A program made the translations under genes and the position numbers. 64,000 nucleotides of DNA from an uncultured Actinomycetes bacterium (GTDB lineage Bacteria; Actinomycetota; Thermoleophilia; UBA2241). Where the stretch lies: positions 32,001 to 96,000 of the forward strand of contig CAVYCN010000018.1 of the NCBI GenBank assembly GCA_963767005.1, read 5' to 3'. Positions 63,307 to 64,000 of this stretch are shown here, one piece after another. A model generated the notes under the pieces. The model was not told the DNA's origin, made no database searches, and saw only the letters and a list, made by a program, of their open reading frames with translations. How positions within the stretch are numbered: position 1 is the stretch's first letter; every line of letters starts with the position of its first letter.

Positions 63307-64000
63307 ATGACAGACCGAGTCGGGCAGATCCTCTCCTGGTACCGCTCCGAGAATCCAGGGGTCCAGGCCAACCTCTACCGCCTGCTCATGAGCGGCCGCC
63401 TGGCGGGCACCGGCAAGCTCGTCATCCTGCCGGTCGACCAGGGCTTCGAGCACGGTCCGGCGCGCAGCTTCGCGCCCAACCCGGCGGGCTACGACCCGCG
63501 CTACCACTTCCAGCTCGCGATCGACGCCGGCTGCAACGCCTACGCGGCACCGCTCGGCTTCATCGAGGCCGGCGCGGCGGAGTTCGCCGGCCGTATACCG
63601 CTCATCCTCAAGGCCAACAACCACGACCTGCTCTACACGAACGTCGAGGGGCCGCTGCCGGCGGTGACGGCGGGCGTCGAGGACGCCCTGCGCCTGGGCT
63701 GTGTCGCGATCGGCTTCACGATCTACCCGGGCTCGGCCGCCCGCACCGAGATGTACGAGGAGCTACGCGAGCTGGCCCTCGAAGCCAAGGCCGCCGGCCT
63801 GGTCGTCGTCGTCTGGTCGTACCCGCGCGGCGGCGAGCTCACCAAGGAGGCCGAGACGGCGGTCGACGTGTCGGCCTACGCCGCGCAGATCGCCGCCCAG
63901 CTCGGCGCCCACGTCGTCAAGGTCAAGCCGCCGACCTACGGCCCCTGGGACGCCAAGTCGAAGGAGGCGCTCGAGAAGGCCGGAGTGCCGCTCGAGACGC
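63307..64000 (+). CDS. fbaB: Class I fructose-bisphosphate aldolase (DhnA/FbaB type), truncated by the window end
   Basis: MTDRVGQILSWYRSENPG...ILPVDQGFEHGP...GFTIYPGS...WSYPRG...AHVVKVK. Confidence 0.9.
   Translation, partial: MTDRVGQILSWYRSENPGVQANLYRLLMSGRLAGTGKLVILPVDQGFEHGPARSFAPNPAGYDPRYHFQLAIDAGCNAYAAPLGFIEAGAAEFAGRIPLILKANNHDLLYTNVEGPLPAVTAGVEDALRLGCVAIGFTIYPGSAARTEMYEELRELALEAKAAGLVVVVWSYPRGGELTKEAETAVDVSAYAAQIAAQLGAHVVKVKPPTYGPWDAKSKEALEKAGVPLET

Overview
Very GC-rich bacterial DNA, probably from an anaerobic actinobacterium such as Thermoleophilia (inferred from gene content and codon usage only). Five blocks are visible. (1) 1-15.2 kb: a methylamine/N-methyl catabolic cluster with a peptide-type ABC importer, CocE/NonD hydrolase, non-pyrrolysine MttB, TetR, pyrrolysine (in-frame TAG) MtbB and MttB, a corrinoid protein and a class III aminotransferase. 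Its two promoters share a CCACC-N2-GGTGG operator. (2) 16.6-29.4 kb: hdrCBA-mvhDGA, a hydrogenase protease, an unknown gene and hypFCDE. (3) 29.9-40.5 kb: a ~10.6-kb satellite-like element integrated in tRNA-Thr(CGT), with 46-bp att repeats, int/xis, a DnaB_N-AAA-wHTH replication protein, a TGAACAG iteron array, several frameshifted phage-type genes and orphan cargo. (4) 40.6-47.7 kb: an RpoD-like sigma factor, a cold-shock protein, a B12 radical SAM enzyme, an acyltransferase and hypothetical genes. (5) 47.8-64 kb: a PucR-linked amidinotransferase/nitrilase/NCS1/cyclase/carbamoyltransferase cluster, HAD and GATase genes, a large HTH-GAF-HD-GYP-GGDEF protein and the start of a class I aldolase. 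The best candidate for an undescribed system is block 1, a co-regulated, pyrrolysine-dependent pathway that appears to import, hydrolyse, demethylate stepwise and then transaminate an unknown substrate. All family assignments come from motif recognition by eye; no database search was run.
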